Shown in pieces: positions 33,480 through 35,324 of a DNA stretch of 35,324 bases. The stretch comes from Octopus bimaculoides (Eukaryota). The notes under the pieces are model-generated. The model was not told where the DNA came from. It worked only from the letters and a program-made list of their open reading frames with translations, and did no database searches. Each line of letters opens with the position of its first letter. Position 1 is the first letter of the stretch. The DNA is taken from positions 29,279,375 to 29,314,698 of the forward strand of contig NC_068991.1 of assembly GCF_001194135.2 (NCBI RefSeq), in the 5' to 3' direction. The translations under genes and the position numbers were made by a program.

Positions 33480-34900
33480 CCGGTCTGGGACTTTGGTAAG
33501 TAGTTACGATCTTTGCCGTGAAAATAAAAAGCTCTTCTCTTTATCTTTGGAAAAAGGAAGAGTTTCCTTTCTGGATTGTGTTTACTGTGCAAAATGATTG
33601 TTGTGACCATGTCCATAACCGCCTTGAGAACCTGGTCATAGCAGCTATCAGCCATGACTTTGTGAGAGATGTTGAGGAAGTGTTGAAGGGACACTTTTGT
33701 AGAATGCGGAAAATAGGAGGGAGCCTGAATCCTATTCGATACATGGAGATTTGTTCGGCTTTGTAAGTTATCGTAGACTGCTTCAATCAGGAATCTAAAG
33801 CGAGAAATGTCAGTCCGCAAGAGATCTAGATGTACCGCTACTGTACGTTGACCCGTCTCATTCAGTCTTCTTGCTGACTGAGTCCCACTGCTTTGCTAAC
33901 CTGTGTCTCTTCCAAGGCCTGTTAAATGAATTTCGACTTTAAAATGATGCACACGCAGTATTTCTTTGGCTTAATTGTTCTAGCAAGTTGGATAGTACCC
34001 CAAGCATGAATGCCCTGTCATCACGGTTCATAGACGAGCCTCCATCCTCAACTATTCCTCTGCCACCTGATGCTCACCCACAGCATTCAACTTTCTAACT
34101 GTGTGAACCTCAATAGCATCTGCTTCTACTTTAAGGCCCTGGAATATATGTATTGCATGGCTTCGTGACATCATAAATTCTTCCAGGAGGTTTCCAGCGT
34201 AGAGTCGTAAGGTGTTAGCAGATTCATACTAAGTAATACTTCTTAAATTCTTTAATTCTTTGGTAAGCCAAACTACCTTTTTAATAAGCTACCAATCTCC
34301 TTCTACTGTGTTTATACAGCTGACTCACTAATACTGTATAGTAACAGAAGGTATAAAACTCTGGACAAGAATGTATTATGACATGTCCAAGCTTTGAAGT
34401 GACCAGACTATTCAGAAATGTCAGTTAGGCCTGAAAGTTTTCGATGATTCTGAGCATAGGACTTGTCACATAGGTTACAGACAAAGAGTTTCTCCAAGCT
34501 CTTCACTGATTCTGACAATGTTCGGATGGCGTTTTCAGATGAGGAGAAATAGAACTTTTCAGTTAATTTCCCCTTCTACAAGACATCTTGAGTTTGATGG
34601 TTTACCGCAATGGAGATAAAATTCTCAAACATTTCTAAGAACCGTATTCTTAGTGGCTGTTGCATGTCATTTTTTGTCACGGAGCGACATCTCTGCCAAC
34701 TCGTCAGCTAATAATTTTTAGTTTTAATTCCTTTCTCTAACCTGAACCACTCCGATGTTGTGGATACAGAAGTAACTCTGATGTTGAAGTTGCGATAATG
34801 ATCCAGAATGAGGTCACTGTTCTTGCTGGGAACATTGCGTCTTTGAAAGACCTCCTCTACTAATCTCTAGTAATTAGTGATACTTATACCCCGTAGGAGT
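33480..34900 (-). mobile_element. Highly decayed HERO/NeSL-like (R2 group) non-LTR retrotransposon fragment
   Basis: Minus-strand pieces: NVPSKNSDLILDHYRNF...TSEWFRLEKGI; SVKSLEK; LLEEFMMSRS...VHTVRK; AKAVGLSQQ; RFRFLIEAVYDNLQSRTNLH...SLQHFLN...YDQVL, matching the HERO-type FL-x2-VYDxLP...TLxHIL...HxQVL pattern. Many stops. Confidence 0.7.
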
Positions 34901-35324
34901 TTGAGAGGGTCAACCACAGAACTATGACATCTCATGTACGGTTATTTTCCCTCGTATGTTCCAAGTAATCAAATGCAACAGAGATCTTAGCTTTCTCTAT
35001 TTGTGCCATATCACTCTCAGAATTATCTGCAATTGCTGAAGAGATTCTGACATAAGTCATTGACACTACAGTATACTTTGAAGCTGATATTTCAAACTGT
35101 TGCTACAGGCAGATTTTGGAAACATGCTAACAGACTGCAATGATAAACAAATAATGATATAAAATATATATATAGATAAAATAACTTTACATAAAGGTAA
35201 CGAAAAATCTAAAATAAATATAAATTGGACTTGTAAAATCGCAGTAATATAATTACTAAATAAATTTTTAAAATTATCATATTAGCATAAGAAACACATA
35301 ATGATATATATATATATATATATA

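Overview
AT-rich, microsatellite-dense eukaryotic scaffold with about ten N gaps. The SINE families and repeat landscape look like an octopus (coleoid cephalopod) genome; this comes from pattern recognition, not a database search. The only well-supported host gene is a minus-strand SLC22/organic-cation-transporter-like (MFS) gene that the ORF track largely misses. It has a first coding exon at 9334-9190 and an in-frame second exon at 2216-2020, and it continues off the left edge. A second, diverged but intact homologue of the first coding exon lies at 23715-23574. It has the same splice phase and no visible downstream exons of its own, which suggests alternative first exons sharing one transporter body (or an orphan partial duplicate). 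The rest is intronic or intergenic DNA full of decayed mobile elements: Tc1, mariner (D34D) and maT-like transposons, two clades of Penelope-like elements, RTE/BovB-like, R4/Dong-like and HERO/NeSL-like LINEs, a probable non-autonomous Helitron, a fragment of a PIN/XPG-like repeat-encoded protein and tandem tRNA-SINE arrays. There is also a minimal hammerhead-ribozyme motif and a degenerate TTAGGG array. No rRNA, true tRNA or CRISPR features are supported.
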